Below, one piece after another: positions 52,760 through 60,636 of a DNA stretch of 64,000 nt. The position numbers and the translations under genes were made by a program. The notes beneath the pieces are model-generated. The model was not told where the DNA came from, did no database searches, and saw only the letters and a list, made by a program, of their open reading frames with translations. Positions within the stretch are counted from its first letter, which is position 1; each line of letters opens with the position of its first letter. The DNA is from Verrucomicrobiia bacterium (GTDB taxonomy: Bacteria; Verrucomicrobiota; Verrucomicrobiia; Limisphaerales; JADJPG01), in NCBI GenBank assembly GCA_035577805.1, contig DATLUX010000650.1, forward strand, positions 16,943 to 80,942, written 5' to 3'.

Positions 52760-54230
52760 TTTCTGGGACACAAGCCCTCGCGCCGAGGCAAAGCCGGATT
52801 GGGTGTACGTGTGGTTCGCTGATCGGAAGATCGGCGCGCGCGTGGTGGATGCTTTCGGCGCGGAAGCCGCGCGTTGGACGTTCGATCCCAAAGTCGGTGA
52901 AGTCGATGCGATCGCATTGACGCTCACGAGCAAGGGCATTCCGGTCAATCGCGTCCTGTTCGCACGGAAGGGCGATGCCTCGGTTTTGGAAAATCCCAAG
53001 GTGGCAGCGGTATTCAATGCGGCGGCGTTCGCTGGCATTGAGCCGATCGTTTGGTGCCAGACTGAGTTGGATGTGCTGGCGCTGGCTGAGTGCGGAGTGG
53101 CCGGCGGTGTGTCTTCGACCCGGGCGGATGCGCTGGCTGCGCACGCGGATCAGATCGCACCCACGCATCGCGTGATCCTGGCCTTCGGCGACGACGTCGC
53201 GCAGCGCGAAGAGACGGCGCGACGGTTAGGGCGGCATCGGTGCTGGATTTCGGCCGGGTCGCCTTTCGCTGCGCTCCTGGATGATCCTGAACTGGTCACG
53301 AAGGGGGTTGAGGACGCCACGCCATATCCGATCGAAGGGATGCACCGAATCAGGCGTGGAACCCTGGCAATGCTGCGCAGCCTGCCGCCGCCCGGGGTGA
53401 TGACGACAGGGACGGCGGCGAGCGATTACGTGCTGAAGCTGCCGATGGAAGGCCGCTTGATCGTGGTGACCGGATGGCCTGGTCATGGCAAAACGAATTG
53501 GACCCGCTACGTGATGGTTCACACCGCGGCGAACCACAATCGACGCTGGTGCGTGTTTTCGCCGGAAAGCCAGCCATGGGAGCAATTCGCGGCGGAATGC
53601 GCTGAAGCATACATCGGGAAGCCGTTCTACGAGATGGACCGAATTCCGTCGATGACGGCGGCCGACATCGAGGAAGCAGAAGCGTTCCTGGCCGACAAAG
53701 TGACGATGCTGGTCTGTGATGCCGAAGACAAAGCGCCGTCGGTGAATTGGCTGCTCGAGCGCGCGCGGGCTTGTGTTCTACGGGAGGGGACGACGGACTT
53801 TCTGATCGATCCGTGGAATGAGGTCGACCAGGACCGAGCGGGCATGTCCGAGACGGATTACATCGGGCTGTGTCTCCAGCGGTTGAAGGCTTTCGCGCTG
53901 CGCCACGGCTGCAACGTGTGGGTAATCGCGCACCCAGCCAAGCCGATGCCTTTGCGGCCGAATGAAAAGCGCGCCGCCCCGGGGCCCTACGATATGTCCG
54001 GAAGCGCCAACTGGGTGAACCGGACAGACCTCGGCCTGACCGTGCACAGTCCGGATCCTGGGGTAGCTGAGTTGCACCTGTGGAAGTCCAGGGCACGACG
54101 GTGGGGGTCGAGATCGACGCTAGCGACGATGGAGTTCGACAAATTCACCGGACGCTACAGCACGCCGACGCAGGCCAGGGATGCAGCCGCGGCGATGGGT
54201 GATGATTTGTTGGCGGGGAACTGGCGCTGA
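52743..54230 (+). CDS. SF4 (T7 gp4/Twinkle-like) replicative helicase with degenerate TOPRIM
   Basis: Walker A TGWPGHGKT, FSPE, IDPWNE, IAHPAK, YDMSGSANW.N.TD. Confidence 0.85.
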   Translation: MQEKPDFWDTSPRAEAKPDWVYVWFADRKIGARVVDAFGAEAARWTFDPKVGEVDAIALTLTSKGIPVNRVLFARKGDASVLENPKVAAVFNAAAFAGIEPIVWCQTELDVLALAECGVAGGVSSTRADALAAHADQIAPTHRVILAFGDDVAQREETARRLGRHRCWISAGSPFAALLDDPELVTKGVEDATPYPIEGMHRIRRGTLAMLRSLPPPGVMTTGTAASDYVLKLPMEGRLIVVTGWPGHGKTNWTRYVMVHTAANHNRRWCVFSPESQPWEQFAAECAEAYIGKPFYEMDRIPSMTAADIEEAEAFLADKVTMLVCDAEDKAPSVNWLLERARACVLREGTTDFLIDPWNEVDQDRAGMSETDYIGLCLQRLKAFALRHGCNVWVIAHPAKPMPLRPNEKRAAPGPYDMSGSANWVNRTDLGLTVHSPDPGVAELHLWKSRARRWGSRSTLATMEFDKFTGRYSTPTQARDAAAAMGDDLLAGNWR

Positions 54231-54538
54231 TGCCAATTCGTGCGGAAAATCGTCACAGATACCCGCCAGAGTGGCCGGTTATCAGCCTTTGGGTGCGCGT
54301 GTGCGCTGGCTGGAGATGCGAGTGGTGCGACATCGAACAGGGCGCGAAGTTGCCGTCTGGGTGGCGCGTCGTGCTGACCGTAGCCCACATTTTGAACGAT
54401 GCTCCGGAGGACGTTCGGCCAGCCAACCTGGCGGCGCTTTGTCAAAAATGCCACCTGGGGCACGATCGGCCGCACCACATGCGCGTCCAGGCAGCGAACC
54501 GCCGTGCGGCACTCATGGTCGAGGAATTGCCATTGTGA
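54230..54538 (+). CDS. HNH-like Zn-binding protein
   Basis: MPIR.ENR.RYP..W, CEWC, LTVAH, NL.ALCQKCH..HD. Confidence 0.75.
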   Translation: MPIRAENRHRYPPEWPVISLWVRVCAGWRCEWCDIEQGAKLPSGWRVVLTVAHILNDAPEDVRPANLAALCQKCHLGHDRPHHMRVQAANRRAALMVEELPL

Positions 54539-54726
54539 AAGCTGGCGATCGTGTCGCACTTACGCCGGAAGCTCGCGCCGAAGTCTGGAAGTATGACGAC
54601 GTCGGCACCCGGTCTGGTATCGTCAAGGCAGTGGGGACCAGCGTCCATGTCGAATGGGACGGCTTGCCGTGTGTCAGCGGCTTTTCGCGGGCGATCGCTG
54701 AACGAGATTTGGAGGTAATTGCATGA
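54535..54726 (+). CDS. Small SH3/KOW-like hypothetical
   Basis: KAGDRV...G.V....V.VEWDG. Confidence 0.5.
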   Translation: MKAGDRVALTPEARAEVWKYDDVGTRSGIVKAVGTSVHVEWDGLPCVSGFSRAIAERDLEVIA

Positions 54727-55001
54727 CCGACCTGTCCCATCGTCTACGTGACACGACCAAAGCCGTCGAGGACGTGCTTGTCGCCTCCCATGGCCTCATG
54801 CACGATTTGGCGGCGCACCACGAGAAGGCCGGAACGGTGATGCCGCCGTTCTGGGTGGTCCAAGGTGATCTTTCTCCCGCGGAAAACGAGAAGACGTCGA
54901 TCGCGGAGGCGTTGAAAGTGTACGGGCCTGGGCCCCTGTTCCACCTCTGGACTGTGTGCCGCTCAATTGAGGCGCTGCGCGTGGCTTGGACCGGGAAGTG
55001 A
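54723..55001 (+). CDS. Hypothetical protein
   Basis: GGAGG RBS, coupled. Confidence 0.55.
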   Translation: MTDLSHRLRDTTKAVEDVLVASHGLMHDLAAHHEKAGTVMPPFWVVQGDLSPAENEKTSIAEALKVYGPGPLFHLWTVCRSIEALRVAWTGK

Positions 55002-55188
55002 TTTCATGAAGCGGTTTTTCATCGGCTTCGCGTGGGGGCTGCTGATCCCGTTTGCCGTGCTGGCGGTGGTATGGGGCTGTCTTAGCGCCATCGTCCTGAT
55101 GCACTTCCTGAGCCTTCCGGCGGCCATGGTGCTTTTCATTGCCGCGGCGACGTGGAGGCCGGATGGCGATCTGAGGCGCATATCATGA
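54998..55188 (+). CDS. Small membrane protein
   Basis: Two hydrophobic segments. Confidence 0.45.
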
Positions 55189-56194
55189 TCTGGCGCGTCC
55201 TTGATCTGTTCAGCGGGATCGGTGCTTTCACCTTGGGACTCCAGCGCGCTGGTATGGAACCAGTCGCTTTTGTCGAAATTGACCCATTTTGCCGCGATGT
55301 CCTCGCGCGTCATTGGCCAGGAGTCCCGATCCTTGAAGACGTTAGAAGTGCCGCGTTTCCTGCGGCGGGTTCCCCTGCCAGGACATCTCCCGAGCCGGGA
55401 AACGCGCCGGCGTTACCGGAGAGCGTTCAGGACTGTACCGGGAACTGGTGCGTGCCATTCGCGTGGTTCGACCGCGCATCGCGATTGTGGAGAACGTGGC
55501 AGCTCTCCTTGACGATGGAATGGGCACCGTTCTTGGAGACTTGACCGAGGGCGGGGATTGTGTTGAATGGGATTGCGTACCGGCGAACGCCCTCGGCGCT
55601 TGTCATGAGAGGGACCGCGTATGGATCGTTGCCCACGCCGACAGCGACGGACGGCGGTCCGGACAGGGAGGACAAGCCTCGCTCGCACGGGATGAACCTT
55701 GCGGGTGTCCTCAAACACCGGTCCCTTCCCAGTCTACCGACCCCGACAGCGTTCGATGCGGTGCCGGCCTGGGGGCCGAGGAACCAGGACGGGAAGAGGC
55801 ATGGCGGCGGGAACTCTCCGGGACTGCGTCATCTAGCGGCACTGCCGACGCCCAGGGCGACGGATGCGGACAAGGGTGGCCGCGGCGACCTCCTGACAGT
55901 TTTGCGCGGATACGAGACGAAGCACGCCGGAACGCTGCCGACCCCTACGGCGCGAGACTGGCGTTCCGGTTTGGCTTCGGAAGAAACGCATTCGACCAAT
56001 TCGAGGCCGCTGAACGAAGTCGTGGCCAGGATGTCGGGGAATCGATCTGGCCGGATGAACCCGCGCTTTCGGGAGTGGATGATGAGACTCCCGATTGGAT
56101 GGACCGAACGAAAGCCACCGGAAATACTCTAGACCCCTTGATCCCCGAGTTGATCGGGCGCGCAATCATCGAGGCTGCTCATGACTGGACCTGA
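55185..56194 (+). pseudogene. C5-cytosine DNA methyltransferase (alpha chain), frameshifted near 55360
   Basis: LDLFSGIG (motif I) in one frame; GGFPCQDIS (IV), ENV (VI), H.RDRVW (VIII) and GN...P (X) in another. Confidence 0.75.
55560..56132 (+). CDS. Overlapping-frame C5-MTase partner chain (TRD repeats plus motif IX)
   Basis: Four LPTP.A.D repeats and MNPRFREWMMRLPIGWT. Confidence 0.65.
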   Translation: MLNGIAYRRTPSALVMRGTAYGSLPTPTATDGGPDREDKPRSHGMNLAGVLKHRSLPSLPTPTAFDAVPAWGPRNQDGKRHGGGNSPGLRHLAALPTPRATDADKGGRGDLLTVLRGYETKHAGTLPTPTARDWRSGLASEETHSTNSRPLNEVVARMSGNRSGRMNPRFREWMMRLPIGWTERKPPEIL

Positions 56195-56408
56195 ACTCCG
56201 CTCCCTGCTGGCCGAGTGGAGCATAAGCAGGCGTCAGTTTGCCGACGCGCTCGCGTTCGAGGGTTACCAGATCGACCTCCACACGATGGATCGGTGGAAA
56301 GCCAGACTTCCGGCGACCGCGCAACGGCTGATTGAGCGGTGGCGCGACAATCCAGCTGAGCGCCCCGGCAAGGTCGCGCCGCACATTTCAGGGGTGGGAA
56401 TGCGATGA
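56181..56408 (+). CDS. HTH-like protein
   Basis: MT..ELR..L....IS..QFA..L......T..RW. Confidence 0.55.
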   Translation: MTGPELRSLLAEWSISRRQFADALAFEGYQIDLHTMDRWKARLPATAQRLIERWRDNPAERPGKVAPHISGVGMR

Positions 56409-56803
56409 GCGTTGTTCCATTCTTTAAGGTGCCGGTCATACGCAGTCGGCCACATTTGGAATTTGTGTCGTACATGGGCTGCGTGGTCCCCGGCTGCCGC
56501 TGGTGGTGCTCGCCAGCGATGATTGAGCGCATCATGGAGGGCATCCGCACCCACGGGCGCGGGTATGTGATGCAGAACCCCTATGTGGTCGCGCACCATG
56601 TGAGGCGATCCTCTTCGAGCGGCACCGGGGTAAAGCCGCCAGATACGGACTGTTGCGGACTTTGTGCGGCGCACCATTCCGAATTGCATCAGCGCGGCGA
56701 AAAGACGTGCGCCACGGAATGGGGGCTGGATCTGATGGAGGAAGCAGCGCGTATCGCGGCGGCGAGCCGGATGCTCGGGTTCTTGCCGGAGAGCGCGGCA
56801 TGA
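56405..56803 (+). CDS. DUF968-like Zn/HNH-type protein
   Basis: HL.FV...GC.V.GC, AHHVR....G.G.KP.D....LC..HH.ELH..GE. Confidence 0.7.
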   Translation: MSVVPFFKVPVIRSRPHLEFVSYMGCVVPGCRWWCSPAMIERIMEGIRTHGRGYVMQNPYVVAHHVRRSSSSGTGVKPPDTDCCGLCAAHHSELHQRGEKTCATEWGLDLMEEAARIAAASRMLGFLPESAA

Positions 56804-58458
56804 CGATCAGGGTGCTGCATGGAGATTGCCGCGACATCCTCAAAACGCTGCCCGATGCGAGCGTGCAGATGTGCGTAACTAGTCCGCCGTACTGGGGATT
56901 GCGCGACTATGGAGTGGATGCAACCGTTTGGGGAGGTAATCCCGAATGCGACCACGAATGGGGCGACGTGATCGCGGTCAATGCCACGAATCACACCGAT
57001 AAACGCCGATGGAACCAAACGCGGAACGGTCGAGACGAAGAACAACCGACAGAGAAGCGCGTCGCGTGGCTACGGACGAAGGTGCCGCAGGGGAAGTTCT
57101 GCCACCATTGCGGCGCATGGGCGGGGGCATTGGGCCTGGAGCCCACCCCAGAACTGTTCATTGCCCATATCGTTGAGGTCTTCGCGGAAGTGCGCCGTGT
57201 GTTGCGGGATGATGGCGTACTGTTCATGAATCTAGGCGACAGCTATGCGACCGGCGGGGGCTCCATCGGTCGAAGTCCTGGCGGTGGTGAACAGGGGGCG
57301 CGCTTCCTTCGACAAGGGCACATCAACACACAGCCCAATCGGATGCCGCTGCCTGGGTTAAAGCCGAAAGACTTGATCGGCATCCCTTGGATGGCGGCAT
57401 TTGCCCTGCGCTCTGCGGGGTGGTGGCTACGGTCCGACATCATCTGGGCAAAACCTAATCCCATGCCCGAAAGCGTTACCGATCGTCCTACTTCAGCGCA
57501 TGAGCATTTGTTTCTGTTCGTAAAATCCGGTGATCATACATTCTGGACGCACCGGAACAGGTCGGGCACGCGCAATCACCCTGAACCAGATTATCGTTGG
57601 ATACACCGTAAAACGAAAGAAGAGGTCCGCACCGCGCCATCCGGCTCACCGGAGGAGGTCAAACAAATCTGGCAGCGCGTCAATTTGTGGTCAGGTCATG
57701 ATTATTTCTGGGACGCGGAAGCAATCCGACAACCGATGGCCGAAGCATCTATCGCCAGATTGGCACAAAATATTGAGGCGCAGGAGGGCTCGGCTAGAGC
57801 CAACGGAGGGGCCAAAATCAATGGGACCATGAAAGCGGTGGGGCGAACGGACAAGCAACGCGGACACGGACGCCGTCACGATGGTTTCAATGATCGTTGG
57901 GACGCCATGCCAAAAGACGAGCAGCAGGCGATGGGAGCGAATTGCCGGAATGTTTGGACCATGGCAACGCAACCATTCTCCGAGGCGCACTTCGCCACCT
58001 TTCCGCCCGATCTGGCAGAGCGTTGCATCTTGGCGGCCACGTCCGCACATGGCTGTTGTTCGGCCTGTGGTGCTCCGTTGGCCAGGATTACAACCAAGGG
58101 TGAGCCTGACATGGTGCACCGCGCCGCGTCCGGTGCTGACGCCTCTGGCGGCTATAGCGGGCGATCCACGAAGGGTCACGACAGCGCGGGGGTGCAGAAC
58201 GCCAGTGACGTGAAACGCCGCATCCTCGAAGGGATGCGAGAGAAAGCCTATTCTTGGGAACCGACATGCTCATGCGACGCCGTAGTGCGCCCGTGCACTG
58301 TGTTGGATCCGTTCGGCGGGGCCGGAACCTCTGGCCTCGTGGCTGATCGTTTGGGCCGCGATGCCATCCTGATCGAGTTGAACCCGGAATACGCTGATAT
58401 GGCTCGCCGACGGGTGGAGCGCGATGCTGGGTTGTTCGCCGAGGTGGTTAACGCTTGA
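56800..58458 (+). CDS. N4-cytosine/N6-adenine DNA methyltransferase (beta class)
   Basis: GDCR..L, TSPPYWGLRDY, DIIWAKPNPMPES, HFATFP, VLDPFGGAGT, IELNPEY. Confidence 0.9.
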   Translation: MTIRVLHGDCRDILKTLPDASVQMCVTSPPYWGLRDYGVDATVWGGNPECDHEWGDVIAVNATNHTDKRRWNQTRNGRDEEQPTEKRVAWLRTKVPQGKFCHHCGAWAGALGLEPTPELFIAHIVEVFAEVRRVLRDDGVLFMNLGDSYATGGGSIGRSPGGGEQGARFLRQGHINTQPNRMPLPGLKPKDLIGIPWMAAFALRSAGWWLRSDIIWAKPNPMPESVTDRPTSAHEHLFLFVKSGDHTFWTHRNRSGTRNHPEPDYRWIHRKTKEEVRTAPSGSPEEVKQIWQRVNLWSGHDYFWDAEAIRQPMAEASIARLAQNIEAQEGSARANGGAKINGTMKAVGRTDKQRGHGRRHDGFNDRWDAMPKDEQQAMGANCRNVWTMATQPFSEAHFATFPPDLAERCILAATSAHGCCSACGAPLARITTKGEPDMVHRAASGADASGGYSGRSTKGHDSAGVQNASDVKRRILEGMREKAYSWEPTCSCDAVVRPCTVLDPFGGAGTSGLVADRLGRDAILIELNPEYADMARRRVERDAGLFAEVVNA

Positions 58459-58485
58459 CGGAATCGGGCGCGCTCCCCGACAAAC

Positions 58486-58523
58486 AAAAAAAGGACCCGC
58501 CCCCGAGCGAGTGAAGGGCGGGC
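58486..58523 (-). terminator. Rho-independent terminator of the leftward early operon
   Basis: Minus strand GGCCCGCCC...GGGCGGGTCC followed by T7. Confidence 0.7.
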
Positions 58524-58617
58524 CAAGTGTGGGGTGGGTATGCGCGGGACAGATAAAAACCGCGCACCCACGGTTAAATCGCAAGATTGAAGAAATTACC
58601 AGCGAAAAATCGTTAAT

Positions 58618-58812
58618 CTAAGTGTGTTTGTCGGGGACCGTACGATACGGAACGACATTCCCGAGTGCTGGCCTCAACAATCCCGCCAGGATTTTCGCGC
58701 TTTGTTCGCGCGAGGCGACGCGCCATTGTTTGCCGCTGGGACGTAGCACGACGGGGTTGCCATCGAGGTCGAGGACGCGCCGGTAAGTGATTGCGTTCAA
58801 CGTGATTTGCAT
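58618..58812 (-). CDS. Hypothetical protein
   Basis: GGAG RBS, 64 aa. Confidence 0.55.
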   Translation of the reverse strand: MQITLNAITYRRVLDLDGNPVVLRPSGKQWRVASREQSAKILAGLLRPALGNVVPYRTVPDKHT

Positions 58813-58883
58813 GGGTGACTCCGGTGTTGCCCGTCCCGTGTGTCACGGAACGGCTTTCAATCGGATTTCAGTCCCGGCGTTGT

Positions 58884-59105
58884 TCAGTAGGGCGTGTCCA
58901 GCATTTCCATGATCTCGCTCGCCTCATCCGCCCCGACCGGGCGATAGGTGATCCGCGTCCGCATCAGGGCCTTCATCCCGGCCGATGCGCCCGAGATTTG
59001 GAAGTTCGCCCGCATTTGCGCGATGGCCTGGGTCTCCCCGAAGCCCATGCAGAACATGCCGTCGGTCGATGCGTATTCCGCCGCGTATCCGGCGATCTCT
59101 GTCAT
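58884..59105 (-). CDS. Hypothetical protein
   Basis: AGGAGGAG RBS. Confidence 0.55.
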   Translation of the reverse strand: MTEIAGYAAEYASTDGMFCMGFGETQAIAQMRANFQISGASAGMKALMRTRITYRPVGADEASEIMEMLDTPY

Positions 59106-59350
59106 GGCCACGCTCCTCCTGTAATTGATCGTAACACCGCGTCACGTTGTGGTTGGCTTAGAGCGGCGTGCGCGCGGCGCGTCTCGGCTTGTTCGCACGT
59201 TTGGTGCACCATTTCTCCATCTGGCCGATGCTCGCCAGGCCAGTAGACGCCGCCACCGGTCCATAGAGCCATCTTGTCGGCACCACGTTCACCGCACAGC
59301 CCACAAATATCGTTGTCCGAATTTTCGCACGAAAAAAGATGGAGCGTCAT
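59102..59350 (-). CDS. Small Cys/His protein
   Basis: CGLCG...WPGE...VH..CE. Confidence 0.55.
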   Translation of the reverse strand: MTLHLFSCENSDNDICGLCGERGADKMALWTGGGVYWPGEHRPDGEMVHQTCEQAETRRAHAALSQPQRDAVLRSITGGAWP

Positions 59351-59727
59351 ATTCCTAACTCCCGTTTATTGAGGTCGACCGCGAGCGTTTGCGCCGCGAT
59401 CCGGTGTCGCCAGCCGTCTACGGGGCCGGTCGGGGCTTCCAGCAGTGCAGCGTAGGATTTCACCCCGTCATCGAGGTCGCGCACCACCTGCCAGCCCTTG
59501 AAGTCGCTATCGCAGCGCCATTGCTCGACGCGCCAGGGAGTGCCAGCAGGCACCCATGCGACCATCCCCTTTGCCTCGTAGCCGTGGGCCTTGCAATCGT
59601 CGCAGAAGCCACTCTGGAAGCCGCTGGCGCCCGTGCCAAGCCACTTCGCGGGCTTACCGCACTCGTGGCCGTAGGTGCCCGGTTCAGCGTTGTGACAGAT
59701 GCCATCGAGCGCATAGAGATTGGTCAC
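59347..59727 (-). CDS. Hypothetical Zn-binding protein
   Basis: GTG 59727; CHN...HECG.PA...FCDDC. Confidence 0.55.
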   Translation of the reverse strand: MTNLYALDGICHNAEPGTYGHECGKPAKWLGTGASGFQSGFCDDCKAHGYEAKGMVAWVPAGTPWRVEQWRCDSDFKGWQVVRDLDDGVKSYAALLEAPTGPVDGWRHRIAAQTLAVDLNKRELGI

Positions 59728-59891
59728 GGTTTTTCCTCCGCGCTCAAAGGCTCGGGGCGGATCCCCGCGTCTCCAAGCATTTCCAGCAGGCGCCACGCCC
59801 ACATGGACGCCTTGGCATCGTCGCCGCATTGTTTGAACGCCAACGATTTCGCGAGTGCCTGGCTGATCAGGCGGCGGGTGTCGGGGGTCAT
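59724..59891 (-). CDS. Hypothetical protein (55 aa, not in ORF track)
   Basis: MTPDTRRLISQALAKSLAFKQCG...; overlaps both neighbours. Confidence 0.5.
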   Translation of the reverse strand: MTPDTRRLISQALAKSLAFKQCGDDAKASMWAWRLLEMLGDAGIRPEPLSAEEKP

Positions 59892-60190
59892 TGATTTTCA
59901 ACCGCAACGAGGACGGCCTGTAGCGCGTCCCAGGTGTTGCCGTCGCCAAACGGCAGGCGAGCCAACCAGGGAGCGGCCTGCGGGCAGCCGGAGATGGCTT
60001 GCAGGACCGCGAACATATCGCGGGCGTTCGCTTTGATCCGGTCCTGGCGGTCGAATGCTCTCGCGAGGCGTTCGCCGCGCTCTATGGCGCTGATTACCTG
60101 CTTGGCCGTGGCTTCGATCCCGGGCGTCTGCGGGTAACCTGTATCGTTGGTGGCAGCAGTGCGTTTGCTGCGATTAGGGTGATTTGTAAT
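59888..60190 (-). CDS. Hypothetical protein, apparent ATT start
   Basis: GGAGG-5nt-ATT followed by TNHPNRS. Confidence 0.5.
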   Translation of the reverse strand: MTNHPNRSKRTAATNDTGYPQTPGIEATAKQVISAIERGERLARAFDRQDRIKANARDMFAVLQAISGCPQAAPWLARLPFGDGNTWDALQAVLVAVENQ

Positions 60191-60256
60191 TGGAACCTCC
60201 TGTGCTGGCCGTTGCACGAAACGCCCCGGACGACCCGGGTACGTCTCGCGGCACGG

Positions 60257-60622
60257 TCAGAGGCTGGCGAGCAGCGCCCTCAGTTCGTCCTCGCTGGCGC
60301 CTTCCAGCTTGGCGTTCTCGCGCGTGGCGAGGATGCCGAGGATCTGCTGTTTCTTCTGCGCCCGATCCTTCGCGTCCTTGGCCTGCTGCGCCTCGTTAAG
60401 CCGCACGTCGATGACGTGCTTCGCGATGTCGAAGCGGAGTTGCACGGTCTCGTCCGGCTTCCTCTCGTTGATGAACGAGGTCGTATCGGTCTCGAGACTG
60501 CGCTTCAGCCCGACGGCCAGGTTGTCCAGGGACTTCAGCGGCAAATCCCAGAGGTCTTCCGCGAGTAGTGGCCCATGGCTGCTTTCAAACCGCAGTTTCA
60601 GGCGAGTGGCTTTTTCGAACAT
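60257..60622 (-). CDS. Conserved phage hypothetical protein
   Basis: MFEKATRLKLRF...EDLWDLPL...SFI; AGGAG RBS. Confidence 0.75.
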   Translation of the reverse strand: MFEKATRLKLRFESSHGPLLAEDLWDLPLKSLDNLAVGLKRSLETDTTSFINERKPDETVQLRFDIAKHVIDVRLNEAQQAKDAKDRAQKKQQILGILATRENAKLEGASEDELRALLASL

Positions 60623-60636
60623 GGTGGTCTCCTGGG

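Noticed and set aside
55542-55544. Genome-wide TGA recoding to Trp
   Set aside because: TGA is the normal stop of most genes here; this is a single local event
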